Source: Candidatus Angelobacter sp.
Lineage (GTDB): Bacteria; Acidobacteriota; Terriglobia; Terriglobales; Acidobacteriaceae
Reading direction: 5' to 3'
DNA: 64,000 bases
Assembly (NCBI GenBank): GCA_035295685.1
Contig: DATGIO010000222.1
Coordinates: 11,606 to 75,605, forward strand
Shown here: piece after piece, positions 9,704 to 18,224 of the stretch
Layout of the letters: each line of letters opens with the position of its first letter
Numbering within the stretch: the stretch's first letter is position 1
Made by a program: the position numbers and the translations under genes
Notes under the pieces: generated by a model
The model's database searches: none
What the model was told of the DNA's origin: nothing
What the model saw: only the letters and a program-made list of their open reading frames with translations

Positions 9704-10224
9704 AGATTTCCCAAGTTAAGAAAATCGTGCTGGGCGCTGGATTCGCCGTGCTGGGCATTGCGGTGCTACTCACAGCGTCCGCCGCCTCGAAGCCCGATAT
9801 CGTTTTACGAGTCGATCAGGCCAGTCCTCGCGAGGTGGAAGAACCGACGCAGCGGGCCGTCCTTCGCGACTACACGACCGCGTGGGAGGCCATGAACGTG
9901 GCCCTGGCGAACAATACCTTGAGTCCTTTGAACGACAACTTCGCGGGATTCGCGTTGGAAGCGCTGACCCAGCGAGTCAAGGACCAGGAGGCTAGCTCAC
10001 TTAAGACCCGCATCATCGATCACGGTCACAAGGTAGACGCTATCTTCTATTCGAGGGACGGATCGGCCATCCAGTTGCGCGATACCGCGACTCTAGAAAC
10101 CCAGATCCTCGACGGCAATACCATTCTTCACAGCGACGAGTCCCAAGTACAGTACATTGCCATCATGACCGGAGCGGAAGCTCGCTGGAAGGTTCGAGTG
10201 CTGCAGGATGTTGAGGGGCGTTGA
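9700..10224 (+). CDS. Membrane-anchored hypothetical protein
   Basis: A GTG start overlaps the previous stop (GTGA), with GGAGG at 9689..9693. It has an N-terminal TM helix (IVLGAGFAVLGIAVLLTASAA) followed by a ~140-aa soluble domain. It is the last gene of the 5813..10224 operon. Confidence 0.6.
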   Translation: MKISQVKKIVLGAGFAVLGIAVLLTASAASKPDIVLRVDQASPREVEEPTQRAVLRDYTTAWEAMNVALANNTLSPLNDNFAGFALEALTQRVKDQEASSLKTRIIDHGHKVDAIFYSRDGSAIQLRDTATLETQILDGNTILHSDESQVQYIAIMTGAEARWKVRVLQDVEGR

Positions 10225-10380
10225 GTCTTAAAGTCTTAATCTTCACTTTTTGGGGCGATTTTGGGAAATGCGAAAAAAGTGAAGTGGAATGATTGGATTC
10301 ATTTCCTGCCGCCAAGTTCATAACAATCTATCTATCGTAATTTTACCAGGGATGGAATCTCGTATATAGCGTTTTTGTAT

Positions 10381-10460
10381 GCCACAGGCGCTAAAGCGCG
10401 GGGTTTGGCGAAGCACGCAACGCATGGCTGAAGCCATGCTCTTCCACAGTTGTGCCAGCA
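10381..10460 (+). repeat. Family B element
   Basis: The sequence is GCCACAGGCGCTAAAGCGCGGGGTTTGGCGAAGCACGCAACGCATGGCTGAAGCCATGCTCTTCCACAGTTGTGCCAGCA. It has two small hairpins (GCGC-taaa-GCGC and GCATGGC-tgaa-GCCATGC) followed by the conserved tail CTCTTCCACrGyTGyGCCAGC. Confidence 0.9.
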
Positions 10461-10541
10461 TTATTTACCCATAGGAAGGAACACCAAGACGTTGCTGAAA
10501 GAGCACGCGTGAGAAGTAGGCCGAAGCCTTAAAGAAGCTGT

Positions 10542-10656
10542 GCTGTGCCTCCGGCACTCGTCTCTTTGTTCCACATGTATCCACGCCTTCGCTACGCTGC
10601 GGCACGGGCTACCCTCTCGGCGCGCCTCCGGCGCTTGGAGCAACTATTAGGAAACG
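10542..10656 (+). repeat. Family D element (~115 nt, three short hairpins)
   Basis: The sequence is GCTGTGCCTCCGGCACTCG...CCACGCCTTCGCTACGCTGCGGCACGGGCT...CGCGCCTCCGGCGCTTGGAGCA...GGAAACG. Confidence 0.85.
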
Positions 10657-10715
10657 TTCTTGTCGTTGATCGCTATCTTTGAGGAGCCACCGTGGTTTCT
10701 ACACGTTCCAAGCTG

Positions 10716-11927
10716 TCACACGGCGGCGGTCTTCTTCATCGATTTCAGAGCAATTGCGCCCAGTACCGCTACAGCACCGATAATCGCGATCCATAGCACG
10801 GCCGGGTGGCGCTCGGACCAGGGACGATCGTCCGGGCGGCCTACATACGCCGCGTTTCTTTCCTCCGGCCCAAGTTGCAGAGAAGTTGCGGCATTCTCTT
10901 TCTGAAAGAACTTCGCATAGTCGTAGATGGGCCGCTCCAGTTTGTCGTCGCCGTAGAAGAGCCGAGCTTGAAGGTCCGCCGTCGAGTCGAAATAAACTCT
11001 CCGCTCGTATTGCTGCAGCGAGACTCGGCTGATTTGGACAGGAGGATTGTCTTCGTTGTGGATCACGATCTTGAGGCCGTCAGCTCCCGTCATCCCGAAA
11101 AACAGGGTGGTCTCTTCGGAATCGATCTTTTGGCCGTGGCGCACAAGATGGACACGGCTAATTTCGCCCGTCTGCAGAACGTCGCCCTTGGCATCCTGGA
11201 TATCCACCGCGCGGCGGAAGTTTCCCTGAGATGGATCGACCGTGAACTCAAGCCGCTCGATGGGAACGCGAGCGGGAACGGAGAGAGAGAAAAGCGTATC
11301 CTTGCCCTGCTGCGTGGGGGCCGATACCGAACCCACAGGGCGAAGAACGGCACGCTCTTCATACAGCACCCTGGCGATGGCCCCTTCCACATCGGGGGGG
11401 CTTACGGAGTTCTCGATGGTCACGCGCAGGTACTTATAAGTCGACAGCGGGAGCTGCAGAGTGGTATTGCTGCCAAGCTTCTCGTCCGACAAATCGTAAA
11501 GGGTGGTGGCATTCAGAGCCGCCCATTGGGGCGCATGAACGTCGTTCTGGCCCTCAACACGAGCGCGAGACACAAAGTTTTTCGTAGCCAGACGCAGCCT
11601 CACGCGGTCGTACTCGGCGAGTGCGCTCATATCGACGATGAACTGCGTTTTTCCGCCCACGGTTACGGGCTGCAGGATACGGACCATGCTCTCCTGGCTT
11701 TCCGAGCCTCCGCGCTCTTCCGTCAGTGAATAGGGAACCTCTTTCTCCCCGGCGTAAATGCGGAGATCGTTCAACGAGGGCTGGGCGTGCTGCCACAACG
11801 CGTCGTCCACAACCAGGAAGTGCTGTCCCGCTGAAGAAGCCGGCTGGATGGCACGCTGATATTGCAGGTACGTCAGCGGCGGTGTAGCAAGGACTGCAAA
11901 GAGCAATAGTAAGAATCCATGTTTCAT
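10716..11927 (-). CDS. DUF3999-like exported protein with C-terminal TM anchor
   Basis: It has a signal peptide (MKHGFLLLLFAVLATPP) and a C-terminal helix (AVLWIAIIGAVAVLGAIAL). It lies immediately downstream of a DUF2339-type gene, which is the usual partner arrangement as I recall it. The family call comes from memory of the pattern. Confidence 0.55.
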   Translation of the reverse strand: MKHGFLLLLFAVLATPPLTYLQYQRAIQPASSAGQHFLVVDDALWQHAQPSLNDLRIYAGEKEVPYSLTEERGGSESQESMVRILQPVTVGGKTQFIVDMSALAEYDRVRLRLATKNFVSRARVEGQNDVHAPQWAALNATTLYDLSDEKLGSNTTLQLPLSTYKYLRVTIENSVSPPDVEGAIARVLYEERAVLRPVGSVSAPTQQGKDTLFSLSVPARVPIERLEFTVDPSQGNFRRAVDIQDAKGDVLQTGEISRVHLVRHGQKIDSEETTLFFGMTGADGLKIVIHNEDNPPVQISRVSLQQYERRVYFDSTADLQARLFYGDDKLERPIYDYAKFFQKENAATSLQLGPEERNAAYVGRPDDRPWSERHPAVLWIAIIGAVAVLGAIALKSMKKTAAV

Positions 11928-12016
11928 ACGATGAAGTTTTCGTTCCTTCGTTCGGCGAAGATTTGATTTCCGGATGCATCTTATGCGCCGAAAGGATCTG
12001 TGTTTTTCTTAAAGGA

Positions 12017-13921
12017 TCAAGGCGCCGGATGCTCCTGGGGAGAGTCCTTGGGCGGATGCGACGAAAGCTTGAGCCAATCGCGCTGATAGATAAACGAGAT
12101 CCCCAGAAGAACCGCTCCCAGCGCCACCAGACTGAGGATACGATAGCCTTTATCAAGCTGCGAAACGTCGTAGATAAATACTTTCACAATGGTGAATCCA
12201 ATCAGGATGAGGGCTTGCCAGCGCACAAAAGCCGACCGCTGGCGAAAGCCCACAAACATCAAAATGGCGCCATAGACAAGATAGATTGCGGAATAGCTAA
12301 ACTCCCGTTCAATTTCCAAGCCCCCGAAGTCGTAGGACCGACTCGGATGTTGCTGCATCGCCGAATAGCGCTGACGATCAAAATAACTGGAGGCTTCCAA
12401 AGTGAAGGCAATCAGCACCAACAGGTTCAGGATGACCTGGGCGATGGAGATGAACGTCCTTTGATCGCTCGAAGCATAACGCGGACCAAAGCGGATAATC
12501 GCGCCAAGAACGGCAATGGCAACCAAGTAGGTCAGGAAACGCATGTTGAGAAAGAGCGTTTCCGACTCAATGTTCCCGTATCCATAGGGCCCACGGAAAT
12601 AATCAAACAGAAGAAGGCGGAATATGCCTAGCCCCAATGCGGTGGCAGCGAGATAGCCAAGAAATGCGGTCTTGGTCCTGGCCGCGACCCACAACAAAAC
12701 AGCTGATTCGATGAGCCATCCAATAGTGACCCAGTGGGCCCCGAGCTTCAGCGGAACCGCGATAGTAATAAAAGCTACCGCGATGGCAACGTGAAGGAGA
12801 TTGACAAAGCTGGTGTCCTGGTGGGGAAACCGGCGGCTGAAAGCGTTGCTGATACCGAGGTAGACAGCCGCCAAACCCAGCGCGTACCAGGTTAATGTGG
12901 CCTTGTGATCCAGATGCATCATAAACAGCTCAACGAAAAAGACCACGGCATTCAGCAAAGGCAGCAGCGTAAGCGTTATCGAGGGGCCTGAGCCGCGACT
13001 CGATTTTCCAAAGGGGGTTACCAATGGAATCGAAGCAAAAACTAGAGCCAGGATCGCTGCAAAGAGAACGGTGATTCCCCTGGCGTCGTCGCGATAGTAG
13101 TCAAACGCCCAGCCCCACGAAAGAACGATCGTCCCCACAAAATTCAGCCACAGAAGCCTTCTCCATGGCCGATATCTGGCGATCCATAGCAGCGCCACAT
13201 CGAGAAGAAGGACATAGAAAAACAAGATGGCTTCGTGGTTCTCCCCCGAAGACACCAGAGCAGGCGTGGCAAAGCCACCCATGAGAGCAAAAGCTGCCAG
13301 CAACTCGGCGTCCTGGGTGAGAGCCAGGACGATCATGGATGCGGTCACAATCACCATCGCAACAAAGGCGACCGATGAAGGAATGACCGCGTAAAGCCGG
13401 TATCCCGCCCAGAGCGAAAGATACAGCGTGCCGATGCCTACGGCTTTCAACGAATAAGAAAACGGTGCGTGGCCGCGATTGCGGAACCACTCGCTCCAGA
13501 CAATGAGGCCTATTCCGGCCAGCAAACCCAGACCGACTCGGCCACTGGGGCCGATCCAGTTGCTGTCAAACGCGTACTTGAGGAAGTAGGAAACACCGAT
13601 CAGCATGGCCACGATGCCGACCCGGTTCAGCCAATATTGACCGATCTTGCGCTCAAGGTTGGATTCTTGGTCGGTCTGGCGCGACGTAACCGTCGCAAAG
13701 CGTGGCGGCTGAGGCTGCAGGCGCGGTGGCTGCGAAGGTGGAGGCTGGACAGGAGAAGGCCGATTTATTGGAGCTATCGGGTGCGGGAGCGGCTCCGAGG
13801 GTTGAGTTTGAGCCTGCGGTTCTCTTCTGGTTGCCGCAACTTCCTGTTCAAGCCTGAAAACTCTTGCCGTAAGAGCAGCTATCTGCTCCTTAAGGAACCC
13901 CAACTCATAGTCGCCTGACAT
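12017..13921 (-). CDS. DUF2339 family polytopic membrane protein
   Basis: An N-terminal coiled-coil (GFLKEQIAALTARVFRLEQEVAA) is followed by a Pro/Gln-rich linker. The segment LERKIGQYWLNRVGIVAMLIGVSYFLKYAFDSNWIGPSGRVGLG then leads into about 20 TM helices. This is the characteristic DUF2339 layout. Confidence 0.75.
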   Translation of the reverse strand: MSGDYELGFLKEQIAALTARVFRLEQEVAATRREPQAQTQPSEPLPHPIAPINRPSPVQPPPSQPPRLQPQPPRFATVTSRQTDQESNLERKIGQYWLNRVGIVAMLIGVSYFLKYAFDSNWIGPSGRVGLGLLAGIGLIVWSEWFRNRGHAPFSYSLKAVGIGTLYLSLWAGYRLYAVIPSSVAFVAMVIVTASMIVLALTQDAELLAAFALMGGFATPALVSSGENHEAILFFYVLLLDVALLWIARYRPWRRLLWLNFVGTIVLSWGWAFDYYRDDARGITVLFAAILALVFASIPLVTPFGKSSRGSGPSITLTLLPLLNAVVFFVELFMMHLDHKATLTWYALGLAAVYLGISNAFSRRFPHQDTSFVNLLHVAIAVAFITIAVPLKLGAHWVTIGWLIESAVLLWVAARTKTAFLGYLAATALGLGIFRLLLFDYFRGPYGYGNIESETLFLNMRFLTYLVAIAVLGAIIRFGPRYASSDQRTFISIAQVILNLLVLIAFTLEASSYFDRQRYSAMQQHPSRSYDFGGLEIEREFSYSAIYLVYGAILMFVGFRQRSAFVRWQALILIGFTIVKVFIYDVSQLDKGYRILSLVALGAVLLGISFIYQRDWLKLSSHPPKDSPQEHPAP

Positions 13922-13950
13922 TAAGCGTACATTACTCTATACCAAGGCCA

Positions 13951-13993
13951 GGCAGCAATCGGTAATCGTAAGCAGCAGTAACAATTAGTAACG
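13951..13993 (+). repeat. Family A, left (CAGCAATCrGTA / TCAGC-rich) module only
   Basis: GGCAGCAATCGGTAATCGTAAGCAGCAGTAACAATTAGTAAC resembles GTCAGCAATCAGTAAAAGC (19494), CTCAGCAATCGGTAGAAAC (19598) and GTCAGCAATCAGTAGAACC (22857). Confidence 0.45.
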
Positions 13994-14042
13994 AGGGAGC
14001 GGCGGAAACGATTTGCATCGATGGGAACGACAAATCTTCGCA

Positions 14043-14121
14043 GGGCGGGGGCTAAAGCCCAATTTTATTGGGACGTCTTGACGTGGCCCTAAAAGGGCCA
14101 CTCTTCCACAGTCGCGCCAGC
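14043..14121 (+). repeat. Family B element (subtype with GTGGCC-loop-GGCCAC hairpin)
   Basis: The sequence is GGGCGGGGGCTAAAGCCC...GACGTGGCCCTAAAAGGGCCACTCTTCCACAGTCGCGCCAGC. Confidence 0.85.
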
Positions 14122-14172
14122 TTCATCGCAGCCTGAAGTCAGCATCAGAAATCATGGATACGTGGCGGTGTT

Positions 14173-14308
14173 CCTGCAGGCATGATCGAGACCCACCCTT
14201 TGTTCCGAGCGCAAGGACCAAGAGCGCGCTCTCCACAAAGAATGGGGCACCCACTTTCCCGTGAAAACTAGCTTTTCGTGTTGGCAGGTTATGACCGCCC
14301 GCGGTCGC
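14173..14308 (+). repeat. Family C element, extended form
   Basis: The sequence is CCTGCAGGCATGATCGAGACCCACCCTTTGTTCCGAGCGCAAGGACCAAGAGCGCGCTCTCCACAAAGAATGGGGCACCCACTTTCCCGTGAAAACTAGCTTTTCGTGTTGGCAGGTTATGACCGCCCGCGGTCGC. It aligns end to end with 33804..33941. Confidence 0.9.
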
Positions 14309-14358
14309 TGAACGCAACCCCTTGTGATCCTCACGGGGACTCTAAAGGGCCTGTCTTT

Positions 14359-14406
14359 AACCCTAGTTCCATCTGCACCCAGTTCCACTTGCACCTAATT
14401 CCACTT
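14359..14406 (+). repeat. 16-nt tandem array x3 overlapping the stop codon of the threonine dehydratase gene
   Basis: The units are AACCCTAGTTCCATCT / GCACCCAGTTCCACTT / GCACCTAATTCCACTT. The last unit encodes K-W-N-stop of the minus-strand gene (stop at 14395..14397). Confidence 0.8.
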
Positions 14407-15381
14407 GAGATTCTTGAGCTGGTCGAGGTTTACGTTTCCTCCACTGAGGACGCAGGCTACCTTCGAGCCTGCAGGCGCTTTGACGAGACCATGGAGCAGA
14501 GCGGCGACCGGAGCGGCTGCGGCACCTTCCACAACCAACTTGCAGTGCGACATGATCCAGATCATGGCGTCGAAAAAATCGCTATCGGGAAGGGTAACGA
14601 TGTCGTCTACGAAGCGCTGCACCACGGAGAACGTGGTCTCGCCGACACGCTTCACACGGAGCCCGTCGATGATGGAATCCACTTGATCCAAGGTAACAAC
14701 GCGCCCGGCTTCCACACTCTTTTTCATGCCAGGAGCACCGGAGGATTCCACGCCGATAATCTTGATCTTGGGATTACAAGCTTTGAGCGCCATGGAGACA
14801 CCGGAGATCAACCCTCCACCGCCGATGGGAACCACCGCCACGTCAATCTGAGGAAAATCCTGGTAAATCTCGAGGCCAAGCGTTCCCTGCCCGGTGATCA
14901 GTTGCAGGTCGTCGAAGGGATGGATGTAGGTTAATCCGCGTTCCTGCTGAAGCTGCTTGGCTTTCTCGTTCGCCTCGTCCCAAATCGTGCCATATTGCAC
15001 CACTTCGGCTCCGTAGGCGCGGGTGGCATCCACCTTCGATTGGGTGGCGTTAGTCGCCATCACCACAACAGCTTTCATCTTATAAACGCCTGCGGCCAAG
15101 GCAACGCCCTGGGCGTGATTTCCGGCGGAGGAGCAGATCACGCCGCGGCGACGCTCTTCTTCGGTGAGGTGACGAAATTTATTCAGAGGTCCCCGCAGCT
15201 TATAGGCTCCGCCCTTCTGAAAGATCTCCGCCTTGAGGCGGACATCAAATCCGGTGCGCTCGCTCAACAGCCGGGAGGTAAGCAGCGGCGTGTGATAAGC
15301 GAAGGATGAAACAACCTTGGCGGCTTCCTGAAAATCCTGGAGCGAAACAACCGGGGCGGTGGAGACTTCTGCTGTGCTCAT
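14395..15381 (-). CDS. Threonine/serine ammonia-lyase (PLP-dependent dehydratase, short form)
   Basis: Motifs present are the PLP-lysine region FQKGGAYKLRGP, CSSAGNHAQGVALAA, and the glycine loop VPIGGGGLISG. At 328 aa it has no ACT regulatory domain. Confidence 0.8.
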   Translation of the reverse strand: MSTAEVSTAPVVSLQDFQEAAKVVSSFAYHTPLLTSRLLSERTGFDVRLKAEIFQKGGAYKLRGPLNKFRHLTEEERRRGVICSSAGNHAQGVALAAGVYKMKAVVVMATNATQSKVDATRAYGAEVVQYGTIWDEANEKAKQLQQERGLTYIHPFDDLQLITGQGTLGLEIYQDFPQIDVAVVPIGGGGLISGVSMALKACNPKIKIIGVESSGAPGMKKSVEAGRVVTLDQVDSIIDGLRVKRVGETTFSVVQRFVDDIVTLPDSDFFDAMIWIMSHCKLVVEGAAAAPVAALLHGLVKAPAGSKVACVLSGGNVNLDQLKNLKWN

Positions 15382-15450
15382 GAGGGTTCCTTAAAGAAAA
15401 CATGAAAGTTTATCAATAGGCGGCGTTTGCGGCCAGCGTTATCGAAATGG

Positions 15451-15530
15451 GCCACGGGCGCTAAAGCGCGGGGATTGGCGGAGCGCATCGACGCATAGCT
15501 AAAGCTATGCTCTTCCACGGCTGTGCCAGC
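15451..15530 (+). repeat. Family B element
   Basis: The sequence is GCCACGGGCGCTAAAGCGCGGGGATTGGCGGAGCGCATCGACGCATAGCTAAAGCTATGCTCTTCCACGGCTGTGCCAGC. It is near-identical in layout to 10381..10460. The second hairpin differs at paired positions (GCATAGC/GCTATGC versus GCATGGC/GCCATGC). Confidence 0.9.
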
Positions 15531-15606
15531 TTTAGTGACGGAGCCAAAGCGCAAAAAAACTCCTAAACCACACTGCTTTTGTGCTCATTTTTGTAACGGC
15601 GGCTAG

Positions 15607-15700
15607 CTGCCGGCATCATCTAGCCCACCCTTTGCTCCGAGCGCAAAAAACCAAAGCGCGCTCTTCGACAAAGGAAGGGGCACCCCCACTCTCGTGAGGT
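15607..15700 (+). repeat. Family C element
   Basis: The sequence is CTGCCGGCATCATCTAGCCCACCCTTTGCTCCGAGCGCAAAAAACCAAAGCGCGCTCTTCGACAAAGGAAGGGGCACCCCCACTCTCGTGAGG. Confidence 0.85.
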
Positions 15701-15744
15701 CATGAACCGAGAGAACGCTTTGACCTCTCGGGCCGCGAACGTGT

Positions 15745-16845
15745 TTATTTCCGGCAGATGGCGCGCACCACGTCCAGAGTCTTCATGCAATCGGCGCGGC
15801 TAATGTCATTGTGGGTCACAAAGCGCATCTGCTCGGAATCGATGCCGGCGGCAAGAACATCCATGGCGGCAAGCTTCTGACTAAATTCAGTGGTGTTCAT
15901 TCCGGTGCCGGTGACGCCAAACACCAATATGTTGGTGGGAACCTTCTTGGGATCGATCCTGATGCCCGGCACCTGGGCGAGTCCCTCGGCCAAAACAGCG
16001 GCGTTCTGATGATCTTCCGCGAGACGCGCCGGCATTTTTTCCAGAGCCACCAGGCCAGCGGCGGCCAGAATTCCCGACTGCCTCATTCCTCCACCCAGCG
16101 CTTTTCGGTACGCCCGAGCTTTTTCAATGAATTGGCGGCTGCCCAGCAACATGGAGCCGACCGGAGCGCAGAGCCCTTTTGAAAGGCAGAACATTACGGA
16201 ATCAAATTTCCGGCTGATTTCCGCTACCGATTTCCCCATGGCTGTGGCGGCGTTGAAGATGCGAGCGCCATCCAGATGCACGGGCAGACCGGCCTCGTGG
16301 GCGCGGTCGCAGATCTCATCGGCAAGGGCCTGGGGATAGATTGTGCCGCCACCAAGGCTGACCGTATTTTCGAGGGAGATGAGGCCGGTTTGAGCACGAT
16401 AGTAGGCGGGCGGAGCGATCCGCTTCTTAATCTGATCCCAGGTTAAAACGCCATCTTCGCCCATGAGTGGACGCGGCAGACATCCGGAGAAGGCCGCCAC
16501 CGTAGCCGACTCCAAATTGATGAAGTGCGCGCGCTCTTCACAGATGATCTCCTGGCCGGGGCGGGTGTGAATCTTAATGGCAATCTGGTTCCCCATGGTG
16601 CCGGTGGGAACAAAGATGGAGGCTTCGCGCTCGAACATGCGGGCAGCGAGCGCCTCCAGGCGGTTCACGGTAGGGTCTTCCCCATAAACATCGTCGCCAA
16701 CCTCGGCCTCGGCCATGGCTCGGCGCATTTCCGGAGTAGGTTGGGTGACCGTATCGCTACGGAGGTCGATTTTTTTGGCAAGCGCGGAGTTGGGACGGAG
16801 TTCCTCCGCAACCGAATTTACTGGCGAGGCGAATTTTGTGGCCAT
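15745..16845 (-). CDS. ltaE: Low-specificity L-threonine aldolase
   Basis: [40 protein letters not shown] and the rest of the protein match the threonine aldolase (beta-eliminating lyase) family pattern. Confidence 0.8.
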   Translation of the reverse strand: MATKFASPVNSVAEELRPNSALAKKIDLRSDTVTQPTPEMRRAMAEAEVGDDVYGEDPTVNRLEALAARMFEREASIFVPTGTMGNQIAIKIHTRPGQEIICEERAHFINLESATVAAFSGCLPRPLMGEDGVLTWDQIKKRIAPPAYYRAQTGLISLENTVSLGGGTIYPQALADEICDRAHEAGLPVHLDGARIFNAATAMGKSVAEISRKFDSVMFCLSKGLCAPVGSMLLGSRQFIEKARAYRKALGGGMRQSGILAAAGLVALEKMPARLAEDHQNAAVLAEGLAQVPGIRIDPKKVPTNILVFGVTGTGMNTTEFSQKLAAMDVLAAGIDSEQMRFVTHNDISRADCMKTLDVVRAICRK

Positions 16846-16925
16846 GCGTTTTGCGTTTCTATTCCTGAAGTCCTAACGTCAATCCTGTTTTATTCTGCGA
16901 AGCGTTGTATTTACGAAGCGACGAT

Positions 16926-18170
16926 TCAGGCCGGAATTCTTGCGCTTTCCGGCCCTGCATTTTCCGATCCTGCGTTTTCCGGCCCATCGATAAACCTTGC
17001 AAAAACATCATTGGAGAGCAGCCGGCCGCGAGGCGTCAATCGGACGAAGCCGGCTTTTTGTTCCGATTGCTGCAGCAAACCTTCACTTATCAATTCGTCG
17101 ATGATGGGGCGGCAGCGCTGCAGACGCTCGCCAAACTGCACCTGGAGATCGCCGAGATTCACTCCACGATTGAGCCTTAAAGCAAGAAAGAAGCTTTCTT
17201 CCAGCGCCTCTTTTATGCCAACCGGCATGGCCTTCCACTGTGGAGCAAGGAGGTATTCATCGTAAGAATCGGTGGTTGCAAACCGGATGCTCTCAACCTG
17301 CTGCACCTGCAACTCCGGTTGGGAAGGGAGCATGGAGTGAGCATCCACTCCAAAGCCGGCATAGGGACTGCGGGTCCAATATTTCAAATTGTGGCGAGAC
17401 TCAAATCCAGGGCGCGCAAAATTGGATATCTCATACTGGTCCACGCCGCGCGCGGCAAAAAACTCACAGGCACTCTCGTAGAATGAAGCCGTGGCATCGT
17501 CGTCAGGCACGAAATGAGCATGGTAGCGGCTGCCTCCGGCCATCAACTCACGACCGAGACGTGAATCCTCATCGACTTCCAGCATATAAACGCTCAGGTG
17601 CGGCACAACGCAGCCGATGGTGTTCTGCAGGGAGTAGCTCCAGCTTTCCGGAGTCTGGTGAGGCAGACCGGCAATGAGATCGACATTGATGTTGCCAATC
17701 CCGGCGCGGCGGAGGCGCTCAATGTCGTCCACCACCTTTTCGTGGTTGTGCAGACGGGCGACGGAGGCGGCTTCCTGGTTCACAAAGGACTGCACTCCGA
17801 GGCTCACGCGATTGACGCCACAGGCCACGAGGGATTCGAGCATGGCATCGGCGATGGTTCCGGGGGCGCATTCCACGGTAATTTCGGCATCGGCAGCAAG
17901 GCGGAACTCCTGACGCAAGACCGCAAACAGCTTCTTCAGCTCTTCGGCGGGAAGAAGGCTGGGAGTGCCTCCACCCAGGTAAACGGCATCCGCATCTTCA
18001 GGAACAATAGCCCCCAGTTGCCGACTTGCATCCCGGCAGGAGACAATATCCGCGCACAATCGCCCAACATAGCGGCCCATCTGTGCGGAGGAGAATACTC
18101 CGGACGCAAAGTTGCAGTAGCTGCACTTTGAGCGGCAAAACGGCACCGATATGTATATGCCCAGGGCCAT
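16926..18170 (-). CDS. hemW: Radical SAM heme chaperone HemW / HemN-like protein
   Basis: The N-terminal LGIYISVPFCRSKCSYCNFAS carries the CxxxCxxC radical-SAM motif. GGGTPS is present and there is a HemN_C-like tail. Confidence 0.8.
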   Translation of the reverse strand: MALGIYISVPFCRSKCSYCNFASGVFSSAQMGRYVGRLCADIVSCRDASRQLGAIVPEDADAVYLGGGTPSLLPAEELKKLFAVLRQEFRLAADAEITVECAPGTIADAMLESLVACGVNRVSLGVQSFVNQEAASVARLHNHEKVVDDIERLRRAGIGNINVDLIAGLPHQTPESWSYSLQNTIGCVVPHLSVYMLEVDEDSRLGRELMAGGSRYHAHFVPDDDATASFYESACEFFAARGVDQYEISNFARPGFESRHNLKYWTRSPYAGFGVDAHSMLPSQPELQVQQVESIRFATTDSYDEYLLAPQWKAMPVGIKEALEESFFLALRLNRGVNLGDLQVQFGERLQRCRPIIDELISEGLLQQSEQKAGFVRLTPRGRLLSNDVFARFIDGPENAGSENAGPESARIPA

Positions 18171-18224
18171 AAGACTTAAGTGTGGACGCTGCTCGAACCA
18201 ATATTTAGATTATAGAGTCCTCCT

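Noticed and set aside
10241-10296. An 11-bp-stem hairpin (CTTCACTTTTT...AAAAAGTGAAG) after the last operon gene, and its resemblance to 58010..58070 (...GAAATCGCGAAAAAATCAAGTGAA...) as a possible fifth repeat family
   Set aside because: There are only two copies and the alignment is patchy. The hairpin has a 22-nt loop and no T-tract, so neither a terminator call nor a family call is justified.
10806-11729. 307-aa + strand ORF
   Set aside because: It is antisense to the DUF3999-like gene. It has no signal peptide or motifs, and the minus-strand gene has coherent signal-peptide and C-terminal-anchor features.
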